From Octopus vulgaris (Eukaryota): 64,000 nucleotides of DNA. Positions 37,994 to 50,312 of this stretch are shown here, one piece after another; position 1 is the stretch's first letter, and every line of letters begins with the position of its first letter. The notes under the pieces were generated by a model, which had not been told where the DNA came from, searched no databases, and saw nothing but the letters and a program-made list of their open reading frames with translations. Location: positions 44,764,001 to 44,828,000 of the forward strand of contig OX597825.1 of assembly GCA_951406725.2 (NCBI GenBank), given 5' to 3'. The translations under genes were made by a program, and so were the position numbers.

Positions 37994-38634
37994 TTAATTC
38001 TTTATGAGATATAGACAGTGACTGCTCCGTAATATAAGGGATATTAGCCAACCGAATATGGCTAGGGACAGGGCAGGGTGGTGGGGGTGTCACTGTTGCA
38101 TTTAGCCCCAGGCGAACATCAACGTCACCAGATAGGCCTGACGCCATCACGGCGTCCTTTATCTTGCAAAGGGAGATCACTCACCAAGAAGCCGATACCA
38201 CCTGGGGCTAAATGCAACAGTGACACCCCCACCACCCTGCCCTGTCCCTAGCCATATTCGGTTGGCTAATATCCCTTATATTACGGAGCAGTCACTGTCT
38301 ATATCTCATTTAGAGAATTATTATTGCTGTCGAACGGATTTTCGAAATCAGTAAATGTATTTACTTGAAAATCCTTATATGTATCTTGCAAAGTTGGTCG
38401 TTCATCGAGAAGCGATGCCTACCACACGTTGATAATAGGCAACACACCTTGAAACCTAGGTCCGTGTGTGGTATCGGCTTCTTGGTGAGTGATCTCCCTT
38501 TGCAAGATAAAGGACGCCGTGATGGCGTCAGGCCTATCTGGTGACGTTGATGTTCGCCTGGGGCTAAATGCAACAGTGACACCCCCACCACCCTGCCCTG
38601 TCCATAGCCATATTCGGTTGGCTAATATCCCTTA
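37994..38634. mobile_element. Non-coding foldback element related to 23007-23499
   Basis: ~37994-38111 is inverted at 38202-38320; ~38037-38201 is inverted at ~38467-38634; shares TAGCCAA..AATATGGCTA and TTTAGCCCCAGG with the 23-kb element. Confidence 0.85.
38423..38468 (+). ncRNA. Minimal type I hammerhead ribozyme, U3:A8 variant
   Basis: CACACG-TTGATAA-TAGG(CAACACA)CCTT-GAAAC-CTAG-GTC-CGTGTG; first pair of stem II mismatched. Confidence 0.8.
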
Positions 38635-38895
38635 GATTAATTCTTTATTTTGTATATTTTCATCTGTCTTACCCGCTTATGATCTGGTGTTTGCTAAATT
38701 TCTCTAGAGAACATTCTTTTCTTTGTGGTTAGATCGTAGGTGATCTTCTTCTAGCATATTGGATGTCCACTTACTGGTCATCACTTATTATACGCATGTA
38801 ATACAATTTTTCTGAATTTTCAGATTTTTCTATATGCTAGGCTACTGGTATCTAACTTGATGTTAATTATATTAATATTCAATTTATCACCTTCA

Positions 38896-39318
<423 letters not shown>

Positions 39319-39584
39319 AATAAATTATGAGATGCAATTGACATTCCAATAATTTATTTATGTTTTTCTTAATCTAGAAACTACAATAAAACGTGTAAAA
39401 AATATAAATGATACATTATTTATATATATAATAACTCTTCTATTTATTTAAAGATATTGAATTAAAAAAGATTGTTTAAAGAATATTCTTTATTGTTTAT
39501 CGGAGGGAGAATTCTGTGTGTAATAAATATGAACGGAAACCTAGCAAAAATATGCACACATACATACATATATAGATGCATGCA

Positions 39585-39986
39585 TGTCGTCGTGAAAAAT
39601 CCAATTGTTCACACTCCACAGATCTGATCGTTTTCACCGAACAACCTACTTCAGATGCCTCCAACGATACTCATGCACAAGCTGATAAATTTTCTCTACA
39701 TTTCCGAGGGTGAGCTTATGGCAGGTCTTCCATATCGCTCATCGTCTTCCAGAGACCTTCTTCCGCTTTTGAAGCGCCCGTACATTACGTATGACCCATT
39801 GCCTTGTCGCCGTAAGTATGGTCAATGTCTGTGTAGCAAACTTGCCAAGTTTAACGTAATATTTTATATTGGCTCTTTGTTCCTGTTGCATACTATTGCA
39901 TGCTAGCTGTCACGCACAACCGTATGCTGTCATCTGTTGCCGCACTACAGAGTTAGTCGGGGAACATTTCTTGATACCACCTCGTA
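39585..39986 (-). mobile_element. Mariner 5' fragment
   Basis: TIR-like TACGAGGTGGTATCAAGAAATGTTCC on minus; translation RFKSGRRSLEDDERYGRP. Confidence 0.75.
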
Positions 39987-40031
39987 AATATATATATATG
40001 TAAATATATGTGCATATATGTGTGTGTGTGA

Positions 40032-40073
<42 letters not shown>

Positions 40074-40110
40074 GAAAGAAGGTTTGAAAATGCAATTTAA
40101 AATATGTTTA

Positions 40111-40157
40111 TTTACTTTACCGGTTTCACTCTTTGGAAAAAGATTGTCAAAATAACA
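40111..40157 (-). ncRNA. Degenerate U3:A8 hammerhead-like motif
   Basis: Minus strand: TTATT-TTGACAA-TCTTT(TTCC)AAAGA-GT-GAAAC-CG-GTA-AAGTAA. Confidence 0.5.
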
Positions 40158-41027
40158 TGTAGAAGTTTGGTTGCGGTAATTATTGGTTGTTACAAATTGC
40201 TACATTACATATATACAGTCTTTGATAACAGGGAGATGTTAAGGACATAAAAAAGTTCAACAAGTTCCTTAAAATATTGGGCACAAAAGATTTCTACATA
40301 AATAATCGTTCTCAAGGACATGCTTAAGATAGTTTCCAGAAGGAATTGATATTGGTATTGGTATTGTATCTGTATATTCAAACATGCACAGAATATTGGT
40401 TGACACAGAGTACTACAATCCATATAAATATACATTCTTTGGTGACAAGAGCATGTTGAGAATATAAAAAAGTTTAACAAGCTCATTGAAATAATGGGCA
40501 CAAAAGATTACAACAAATATATTATACATTCTCAAGATAATTTCCAGAATTATTAAAAACGTTCAGTATACACGTACAGAATATTATAAGTTCAAAAAGA
40601 TTTACATTATAATAGTAGTGAAGCTAAAACTGACCTGTCCGCTATGGTAGCCTACAAGACATTTATAGCATTCAACAAATAATGACCAATTTATAATCCA
40701 TCGTAAAGTCTTGTGTAAGAAATTTCCCCATGAATTACAGCCATCTCAGCACGTGGGTCTGGTTGTTAATCGTAAATTTTATCACTAGAATTCAAGGAGT
40801 CAAGTAATTGGGATTGTATTAATATAGTAAAAAGCAACTTGCATTTGTGAAGTATATTATTAGCGTATTGTGAAATTATAGGAATATTCAGTTCATATTT
40901 TTCACATTTGTCTTCTAACCACGACACACGCCATTTGACTTTTCACCACTTATAAATTACTCTCTCTTTCTGACAAAATGTTTAAACTGTAGGGTTTAAG
41001 ATATATATATATACATATATATGAGTT

Positions 41028-41320
41028 TTAGTCTGTTTCTGACTCTATGTCCTGAAGCCTAAGTCGCCGTGAAGTTTCACTGGCCACAATTAAGTTGGTG
41101 TTGTCCAAGGAATGAGATCCTGGGAGATGGCAGCATTATAACTATCTTTCAAGGCGAACTGAACAAAACCAAATACACGGCTCATATCAGTTCTTCGATT
41201 GAACATCAGATTACTATTGCGAACGCCACCAAACTTGGAGAAATAGTCTTTCAGTTGCTGTTTGCCCACAGTCCAAGACAAATTGCCGACAAATAGACGA
41301 AAGTGTTTAACACTATTCAT
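41028..41320 (-). pseudogene. SLIRP: Intronless single-RRM pseudogene, SLIRP-like
   Basis: RNP2 LFVGNLSWTVG and RNP1-like SRVFGFVQF. A frameshift near 41120 continues HSLDNTNLIVASETSRRLRLQDIESETD*. The FVGNLxWTVG start resembles invertebrate SLIRP. Confidence 0.7.
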
Positions 41321-41370
41321 GTTTTAAGACCTTTTAACAAGTCCTTGAAAAGGTTACCAACACCGGTTGG

Positions 41371-41431
<61 letters not shown>

Positions 41432-41441
41432 ATATATATAT

Positions 41442-41548
<107 letters not shown>

Positions 41549-41553
41549 TGTAT

Positions 41554-44500
41554 GCCAGGTCTTTTTCGAGTGCTACTGGTAACATGTAACCCAGTACAAC
41601 TTGTTGCATGGTCGGATTGTCGGCGACTAAACCGGCAACCCCACCAAGCTTGCTTGGTGAGGTGGGTCTTTATTGGACACCCTGCGGGATGAAAACAAAA
41701 CCCGTCAAAGGGCGCAGGAACTCTTGAGAGTCAACGGCCATCCAATAAATGTCTTAAGGATGTATCATGCGCGGGGACATAGGAATAATCGGACTGAATA
41801 CCTGATCGCGCGGTTAAACCTTTGGAAGTGAAGGACTCCTAGCCTTTGTTAGGGCATCCTTCTAGGAGAAGGTAACTAAGGTAACTGGGATAACTCCGAC
41901 ATAAAACCTTCAGCTCAGTGGTTACCGATGATGTTGACTTGGTCTTCATTTCGGATTATGGCTGCTGTTGCTTAGTGAGTGGGATTGACTCAGTGCAAAG
42001 CCTTTCCTCTCTTTAAAAAAGACACTTCTTGTACAGGCATTGCACAATAACAACATTGATTGATTGATTGATTAAATTGATTAACTAATTCATGATTGTT
42101 GATGGCGCTGTGAGTCTCAACTGAATGGCTGGCTGTAGCCTTAAAAAGCAAAAAATCAATGATGTACCAAAACAGTATAAAAATAAATGGTAATAAGGAC
42201 TCTGGAACCACATCAGTTGAAAGAGTCTGGCCCAGCAGGAGCCCCAGAGCATCACAGTCTGAACCCGGCCGTCATCATGCTACTGTGATAAACCAAAGAA
42301 AATATTGAATATTGGCTGTTGGAATGTACGGACACTGCTTGACCGCAAGTCCTCTGAATGTCATGAAAGAAGGACTGCGCTTGTTGCGAAGGAGCTTCAA
42401 CGCTATGATCTTGACATCGTTGCTTTATCTGAGATGGGATTACCAGGAGATGGTCATCTTACAGAATCTTGTGGAAAATATACATTCTTTTGGAAAGGGA
42501 GGAATGAAGAGTTTAGAGGAGAAGCTGGAGTGGCATTTGCTGTTGACTACTCTTGTGGACAAGTTGGAAGAATTCCCAGTCGGAATTAACGAGCGTCTTA
42601 TGTCCAAGAGAATTCCTTAGGTTAAAGGAAATTATGTGACCTTGATGAGTGTGTATGTTCCAACTATGTGTTATACTGATGACGAAAAACTTTCTTTCTA
42701 CCATGCTTTGAAGGGCATTATAAGAAATATCCCTCGGGCAGACAAAGTCATTGTACTGGGTGACTTTAATGCTAGAGTGGGTAGGGATTTTAACACATGT
42801 AATTGAAAAGCATGGGGTTGGGAAGTGTAATAGTAATGGCATGCTTTTGCTGCAGATGTGTGAGGAGCTGCGTCTGTGTGTTTCAACAAAAGAATAAGTT
42901 TAAGACTACATGGATGCACCCTGCATCTAAAGAATGGCATATTCTGGATTACCTCCTTGTTAGGGTGCGTGACAGAGAGGATGTGCAGTGTGTTCGTGTT
43001 CTTCGTGGAGCTGAGTGTTGGACTGACCACCGCCTAGTACATGCAAATGTGAAATTAGTCACAAAACATAATTTCCGAGCTGCAGGGATCACCCTGCCTA
43101 AAAGACTGAATGTTGATCGTCTTAGGTGTAATAGTGTGAAGAGAACTGTACGAGAGGAAATGAATGCTACAGATATTGAGGAGGACTGGCCGAACTTTAA
43201 AAAATCAGTTTATGACGTAGGCAAGAAAGTTCTGGGATTGATACAAAGAAAGCATCACGACTGGTTCAAAGAAAATGATGAACATATAGATGATTTAATA
43301 GCTGATAAGAGACATACTTTGTCACGATATTTGTCAGCAAAGCCACAGGAAAGGGAAGTGTTGCATAGGGAACTCAAGGACGTAAAATCACGTGTGAGGC
43401 AAAGGTTCTCTCAGATGAGGAATACGTGGTGGGGTAATATGGCTAGAGAGATACAGGCGGCATCAGATTCCAACAACAAAAAGCTGTTGTATGGCCTCTT
43501 GTGAGAAGTTTATGGACTGACGTCTTCCCTGATGACACCACTTCGAAGCAGGGATGGTAAAGAACTTCGTGATTCACAAGGAATTCTGCGAAGGTGGCAA
43601 GAACACTTTGAAGAACTTCTGAATCAGCAGTCTGTAGTTAGTGAGGATGTTCTCAATATTATCCCTGGATTGCCTGGATTGCACTCGCAGAACCACCAAA
43701 GTTGAAAGAAGTTGCAATGGCTGTCTCAAGGTTGAATAATGGGAAGTCTCCGGGTATGGATGGTATACATGCGGAGTTGTTACAGCATGGTGGTGGGAAA
43801 CTTGTGCAGAAACTTCACTCTTTGTTTGGTAAGATATGGACTAGTGAATCTGTACCTGAGGACTGGAGAGATGCAGTGGTCTTGTACAAGGGAAAGGGCA
43901 ACAGGAATGATTGTGGTAATTATAGGGGAGTATCATTGCTGTCTGTCGTAGGAAAGGTTTTATGCAGGGTACTTCTGGATCGTCTGCTGAAATACGTTGC
44001 AGATTGTGTTCTTCCAGAAAGTCAATCTGGCTTTCGTGTTGGACGTGGCACTGCTGATATCATCTTTTCAGCTAGACAGCTTCAGGAGAAGTGTGTTGAA
44101 CAGGGTCTGGATTTGTATCAGGTTTTTGTCGATCTAACAAAAGCCTTTGATACCGCCAATAGAAAAGCATTGCGGAAAGTCCTCCAGAAACTTGGGTGTT
44201 GTGAAAAGTTCCTGGCTTTGGTTAAGTCGTTTCATGAAGACATGAATGATAGGGTGAATGTTAGGGGGAAAATGTCGGAGCCCATTTCAATACAAAATGG
44301 AGTGAAACAGGGGGATATTCTGGCACCGACCCTATTTGCCATATATTTCGCGATGGTGTTCTGTATTGTATTCAGAAACTGCAGATACGGTGTTTACATC
44401 CATTATCGAACCTCTGGCAGCATATTTAATATCAGGCGCTTTGCTGCAAAAACAAAGGTATTTACCTCTATCATAAGAGACCTTTTGTATGCAGATGATT

Positions 44501-45725
44501 GTGAGCTAGTAGCGCAACACAGATTGATATGCAACACATTTTGAATGCATTCTCTGATGCTTGCACTGCCTTAGGATTGACAGTCAATCTCAAGAAAACT
44601 GTTGTCATGCATCAACCTGCCCCTGGTAAGCAGTATAGTGTACCAAATATCTATGTGAATGGTAAACGACTTGATGTAGTGGATCAGTTTGTCTACCTGG
44701 GAAGCACTATTAATAGATATGGCAATGTTGATGATGAAATTCCATATAGAATTAGGAAAGCAAGTGTTGCTTTCGGAAGGCTAGAAACGCGCCTCTGGAG
44801 TCGGCGAGACATATGCAGAAAGACAAAGATAAAGGTGTACAAGGCATGTGTGCTCCTTTCTCTTCTCTATGCCTGCGAGACGTGGGCCACATATCGATAC
44901 CACCTTAAACAACTGGAACGTTTCCATCAGATGTGTCTCAGACGGATCTATGGCATTAAGTGGAAGGACCGCATCAGTGATCTTGAAATATTGGAAGGCT
45001 CTCGGTGTGAAAGTATAGAAGCTCTTGTGATCTCAGATGGAGTGGTCATCTGGTCAGGATAACGGATTCAAGGATGCCAAAACAACTCTTTCATGGAGAG
45101 TTAGCTAAAGGAGAACGACCTCCACATAAACCAAAAAAGAGGTATAAGGACTTGCTGAAGGCTTCCTTAAGAGATACTTGCATCTCTCCTGACACATGGG
45201 AAGACATAGCTATTGATCGTAGTAGGTGGAGAAGGATTGTGCACGAGGGTACAGCTACTTTTGAGAAATCTTGAGTTGCACATGAGAAAGTAAGGAGGGA
45301 TGTCAAGAAGGGCATCGCTGTTACACTTCCAGATGCGAAGGATCTTCCTATGATGCTGACATGCAGTGTCTGTGCAAGACCCTGCCTCACTAAAGCTGGA
45401 CTCAAGAGTCATCTTCGTAGTCGTAAAGCGAGACAGATAAGTGACAACCTGGCCACTGGTGGTGGTGTAACAGACCATACTAATTATACCTGTCGGGAAT
45501 GTGGAAGAGAGTGTAATTCGGCAGGAGGACTTAAACGACATGCAAAGGTACATGAAGCCCAGTTGCAACTACAGCCGGCTATTACCGGTAAAGCTTTTAG
45601 TTGCCAATTCTGTACAAGACATTGTAGATCTTTAGCTGGGCTAAAAAGTCACTTTCGATTACAGCACCAATAACAGTTAACCTTTGTGCAATGGCCATAC
45701 TCGATAACGAGGGGGCAGCTATCAT
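41554..45725 (+). mobile_element. Near full-length RTE LINE (APE + RT + 3 C2H2 fingers), frameshifted
   Basis: NIGCWNVRTL, DIVALSE, LGDFNARVG, TWMHP...LDY, TDHRLV; KSPGMDG, YRGVSLLS, ESQSGFR, FVDLTKAFD, GVKQGDILAP, LLYADD; 3' hairpin CTCG-ATAA-CGAG and (TATG)n tail. Confidence 0.96.
45350..45673 (+). pseudogene. Three C2H2-type zinc fingers at the RTE ORF C-terminus
   Basis: CSVC..GLKSHLRSR, CREC..GLKRHAKVH, CQFC..GLKSHFRLQH. Confidence 0.9.
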
Positions 45726-46099
45726 GTATGTATGTATGTATGTATAAATGTAACATAGGTAGGAAAAGGTTAAATGTAGATTCATCCTTTAATTTGGAGG
45801 TTTCCAATAGAGATTTCTAATGTTGATTCTTCATATTTTGCTGGTAGTTTACAGGCGTAAATTTCCGAATATGAAAATAATACTTGTATACGATATGTGG
45901 TGAATTTGTAGAAAGAAATCCCATAAAACTTCTCAATTTAGTCTAAAATGGAGAAGACAATTTGTTAAAATGTATAACATAATTCAAATTCATGTAGACG
46001 ATCGTCTCGTACAGAGATATAAAAATCATGCATGCAAATTGCATTAGATTAAATTAATGACATAATTATGTATGTATATATATATATATATATATATAA

Positions 46100-47942
46100 C
46101 GGGAAGCTTTATGAAAATAGACAAAAGACGAAGGCAGGTGGAAAACAAACGAACAATTGTATTAGTATGGCGCTCAGGAAATATAAATAAAACAAGTCTT
46201 TAACGTTTCGAGCCTACGCTCTTCAACAGAAAGATACACAGAGAGAAAAAAACACAGAAAGAAGGAGAGAAAAAAATGCGTGCAGTAGCTAACGAATCAA
46301 CATGGCGATCTGATTTCGGCCAGAGGTCAAAGATCAAACATGAGACGCGAGAGCGAAATAAGGGGAGATAATAGGGTTGATAATATGGTTGAAGGACCAG
46401 CTAATAGTGCGTAGGAGGGGTCTGGACGTGTATGTGTATAGGGTTGGTGTATGTATTAGTATGTATAAGGGTGTGTGTGTGTGTGTGTATGTGTGTGTGT
46501 GTGTGTGTGTGTATGAGAGAGTATTAGTGCGTAGGATTGGTGTGGACGTGCGTATGTATGGGGTTGGTGTATGTATTAGTATGTATTAGTATGTATTAGT
46601 ACGTATTAGTATGTATAAGTGTGTGTGTGTGTGTATGAGAGAGTATAAGTGCGTATGAGGGGTCTGGACGTGTGTATGTATAGGGTTGGTGTATGTATTA
46701 GTATGAATTAGTATGTATTAGTACGTATTAGTATGTATTAGTTGGTGTATGTATTAGTATGGCACATCATATATGATGTGATGTGTGAAGTCGTGTGGTG
46801 TAGTGAGGAGAAGAGGGGGGAGGAGGGGGAGGATGAGAGGGGGAGGAGAGGGGGGAGAGGAGAGGAGGGGGGAGAGAGGGGAGGGGGAGAAGGAAGGGGG
46901 GAGGGGGGAGGGGGAGGAAGGAGGAAAGAGGGAGAGGGGGAGTGGGGGAGTGAGGGAGCAGTGGGAAGGGGAAGAGGGAAGGAGGGAGGGAGAAAGAGGA
47001 AAGAAGGGAAGGGGAGTAGGGGTGAAAGGATGAAGGACTGAAGAAGTAGGGGTCGGGGGAAAAGATAGGTGAGGAGGTGGGAGAGGGGGTTAGATGAGGA
47101 GGGGGGAGAGTTGAGACCAAATGGCGTATAAGAGCGAAGAGAGAAGATTAATTCCTGTTCACGGCGCAAACGGGAATCCGGATGGCCTCTGTGTAAGGAC
47201 AAACCGAACACAGATAGGTGTTGCAAGGAGTGACCGGTGGAGCGGAAATGGCGTGAGACCGGTGTGCCGTTCGCAAGGTGGATGTCACGAAGGTGTTCCG
47301 CGAACCGGTCAGCCAAGCGGCGTCCCGTTTGTCCGATGTACAAGGAATTGCAGAGAGAGCAAGAGATGCAATAGATAATATTGCTGGAGGTGCAGGTGAA
47401 GGAGTGGATGATGGGATAGGGTCGATGGTGGGTGCTAGTGAGGCGGGTGGTGTTGGAGAGGTAAGGGCAAGTGCGGCAACGTGGGCGGGAGCAGGGGAAC
47501 GAGCCGGGTTGGGAGGTAGGGTCAGGGAAGGAGCTATGGACCAAAAGGTCTCGAAGGTTGTGGGCTCGTTTGAAAGAGGGGAGGGGTCGGTTAGGGAAGA
47601 GGTGTGAAGTGGACGGGTCGGACTGGAGATGACGGAAAGCTCGAAGAATGGTGCGTTGGAGACGTAGGGTCGTGGGGTGGTAAGTGAGGGGAAAAGGGAG
47701 GCGGGAGACTACAGGGCGGGTTCGGGGAGAGAGAGCAGATACACGGTCCACGGACCGTGCTCTGGCAAGGGCGGTGTGGATAGTGGTGAGGGGGTATCCA
47801 CGTAGGGTGAAGTGGTGAGCCATACGTTGAGACTGAGTCTCAAAGTCATGGTCGTCACTACAGAGCCTACGTAGACGGAGGAATTGGGAATAGGGGATGG
47901 AAAGTTTGGTGTGTTCTGGGTGGGAGGAAGAGAAGTTGAGGT
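46100..47942 (-). mobile_element. 5'-truncated Penelope-like element with GIY-YIG, low-complexity 3' UTR and pLTR
   Basis: [24 protein letters not shown]; CSRPRCRTC; [36 protein letters not shown]; GLN. Confidence 0.95.
46197..46233 (-). ncRNA. Hammerhead motif in the PLE pLTR (U3-G8 core)
   Basis: Minus strand: TCTTTCTG-TTGAAGA-GCGTAGGCTC-GAAAC-GTT-AAAGA; hairpin GAGC-GTAG-GCTC. Confidence 0.6.
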
Positions 47943-48022
47943 ATGAATATATATATATGTATGTATATGTATGTATATGTATATATATGTACATATATAT
48001 ATATATATATATATGTATGTAC

Positions 48023-48106
<84 letters not shown>

Positions 48107-48289
48107 ATGTACTCTTCAGTGCAGGAAGTATAAACACAATTTACAATGAACTTGAGAAAAAAAAAGAATCTAGGAGATTTATATTTATCCTTATGAGAAA
48201 GAGATGTGGGTCAAGTTATATATTAACTATGTATGTATGAATGTATGTATGTACGTATGTGTGTGTATATATATATAGGTGAGAAAGTT

Positions 48290-48950
48290 GGTGTGTGAAA
48301 GCACGTGGTTGGATGTATAAAAAATAGAAGAGTGAAAAAACTGCAGAAGGCTTGTTTTATAAAGTTAAAGAATATATTTAAGTTGTTATGTTAGAAAAAT
48401 GTTATAAAATTTTGTATATAGTAACATAGTTTTTGGAGAAATAACCGGTTTCGTGTAAACTTTTCAAATTTTTCAAATGTCTTTACCTACATCGTTTCAT
48501 GTCTTCGTTATGAAGTGCAAAGAAGAGTTCCGGGCAGGGGGGGTAATAAGGGATTTCTTCCGGTATAAGGGAGATAATCGCTTTATATTTCCTTTCCCCT
48601 TTTTTAATGAGATGAGTTTCTCTGTATAAGAATGTTACGATGTTTAAGTTTAGGCTTATATTTTTCAATGAATAATGTTTCCTTTTTTAATCTAATTTGT
48701 GTTGGTGTTCCAATAGCACATTGATAGAATGGAAAGATTAAAACTTGTGGTAGAAGTTGCTTTGCGCATTTCTCAATATGCTCACTAAAGGGTATCATTC
48801 TGTATTCTGGGAATGCAATCTGTTGTCGATGCAGAGTACATCTGCGTCGGAGTGATAATCCTGTGGACCCTACGTAGTTTTGGTGGCAGCCCGAGAATCT
48901 TATGACATAAATTATGTTTTCAGAAGCACAAGTAAAATTAGATCTTTCCA
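48290..48950 (-). mobile_element. Penelope-like 3' fragment (GIY-YIG + pLTR)
   Basis: FTCASENIIYVIRFSGCHQNYVGSTG...LHRQQI...ETLFIEKYKPKL. Confidence 0.88.
48438..48473 (-). ncRNA. Minimal U3:A8 hammerhead motif in a PLE 3' region
   Basis: Minus strand: AAAT-TTGAAAA-GT(TTAC)AC-GAAAC-CG-GTT-ATTT. Confidence 0.65.
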
Positions 48951-48962
48951 ATAAAACATGGA

Positions 48963-49191
48963 GGTAGACGATACAAAGAAAACAAGGACAGGTCATTCGA
49001 AGTTTTCTATCCTAGTCAAGCATCAGATTATCCTCGCAATTTCGGCTGATTATTCTTGATGTTGATTCTTCATATTTTGCTGATAGTTTACAAGCGTAAG
49101 AATAATCAGCCGAAATTGCAAGGATAATCTGGTGCCTGTCTGAGGAAAAAAAACTTCGAATGACATGTCCTTGTTTTCTTTGTATCGTCTA
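48963..49191. repeat. Inverted repeat, ~95-bp arms with ~40-nt spacer
   Basis: TAGACGATACAAAGAAAACAAGGACA...TTCGGCTGATTATTCTT versus AAGAATAATCAGCCGAA...TGTCCTTGTTTTCTTTGTATCGTCTA. Confidence 0.9.
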
Positions 49192-49273
49192 TCTGGATGG
49201 TTTGTTGTCCCTTTTTGTATCACCCAGCTGCCCGGATGTTTTGCGTTCTCATCCCATTTTTTATTATATATAT

Positions 49274-50312
49274 TGTTACAAATCACCTGCCATCGCCCAA
49301 ACTCTTCGGAAAACCCGGGACCCTACCAAGTCGAGCGACGACGATCGACCGGCTCGATCGAACAGTGAACTCGCCACAGACTCAGAGAGAGAGAATTCGG
49401 TGGGGGAAGGCGGCAGCGAACTCGGCAACCGGCGACCGGAGAGGACAACAACAAACAAACAACAGCAGGAAGAGACACAAAGAGAGACGGCGGAAGGCAA
49501 TTGGCTACATTTAACAACAGTAGTTTATAACAATTATTACATCAAATACATCAAAGAAAATACGTGCAAGAAAACAAAGAAACAACAAATCAAAGCATGC
49601 AGGTACAATAACAGTTCAGAGACAACAGTTCAAATCACTTTAACGTTCACATTATAGTTCAGAGACAAATCAGTTCTACATTAACGATACAGTTCAAAGT
49701 TCTTTAAAGTCTTTCTCCTTCTTTCTTTTCAACAACTCTTTTCACAATGTCTTTACATAGTTCTTTCTTTTTCCTCTTTCCTTCTTTCTCTTTTTTCAAC
49801 ACATCAATTCTTTTACATTTCAACAATTCTTTTTCCTTCTTTAACACATATCAAAACATAAATAAACATACCGTTACGAGCTACTACAATGGCCTGTGCC
49901 CTCATACCGTAGTCCCTCTCTCTTAGCTCCTTAATCCTATGTGTACGTCCTTCTCCACGTTCTCGTTGCCTCTTGCCGTAATCTTATCTGCCTGTCCTCC
50001 TCTTTCACATTCACTGTCATTCTCTCGCTTGTCATCCCTCAGATTGTCTGTCTGTCTTTCTCAACTGACCGCCTCCGTATCACTCCCGTCTCTGGCCAGA
50101 ACTGCCGGCCGACTGTCCAACAGACTCACAGTTCCTGCCTTTTATAGGGTAGCTTCCTCGACCTCTCTTTGACCGGAACAAGGCCAAAGGTCTCCTCAAA
50201 ACTCATTAATCCTTCCAGAATCTGACGGAACAAAGGACAATAACTTTGTGTTCCAGACTACAACGAGCAAAGTAGGTCATAGCATTTGTTTCCCAAATTG
50301 ACCCCCATTACA
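49274..50312 (-). mobile_element. Probable solo LTR (~1.04 kb)
   Basis: TGT...ACA termini with ATAT on both flanks (TSD-compatible); TATA-like CTATAAAAGG on minus at ~50139-50148; non-coding. Confidence 0.65.

Noticed and set aside
40240-40610. Degenerate ~215-bp tandem duplication
   Set aside because: Present but old and AT-rich, with no further structure seen.
46738-48024. 428-aa ORF as an intact gene
   Set aside because: The start lies in a (TA)n tract and the C-terminus is low-complexity read-through. Only the middle is PLE protein, and the RT core is missing.
49160-49657. 165-aa ORF and overlapping ORFs
   Set aside because: No recognisable domain; it crosses an inverted-repeat/LTR boundary.
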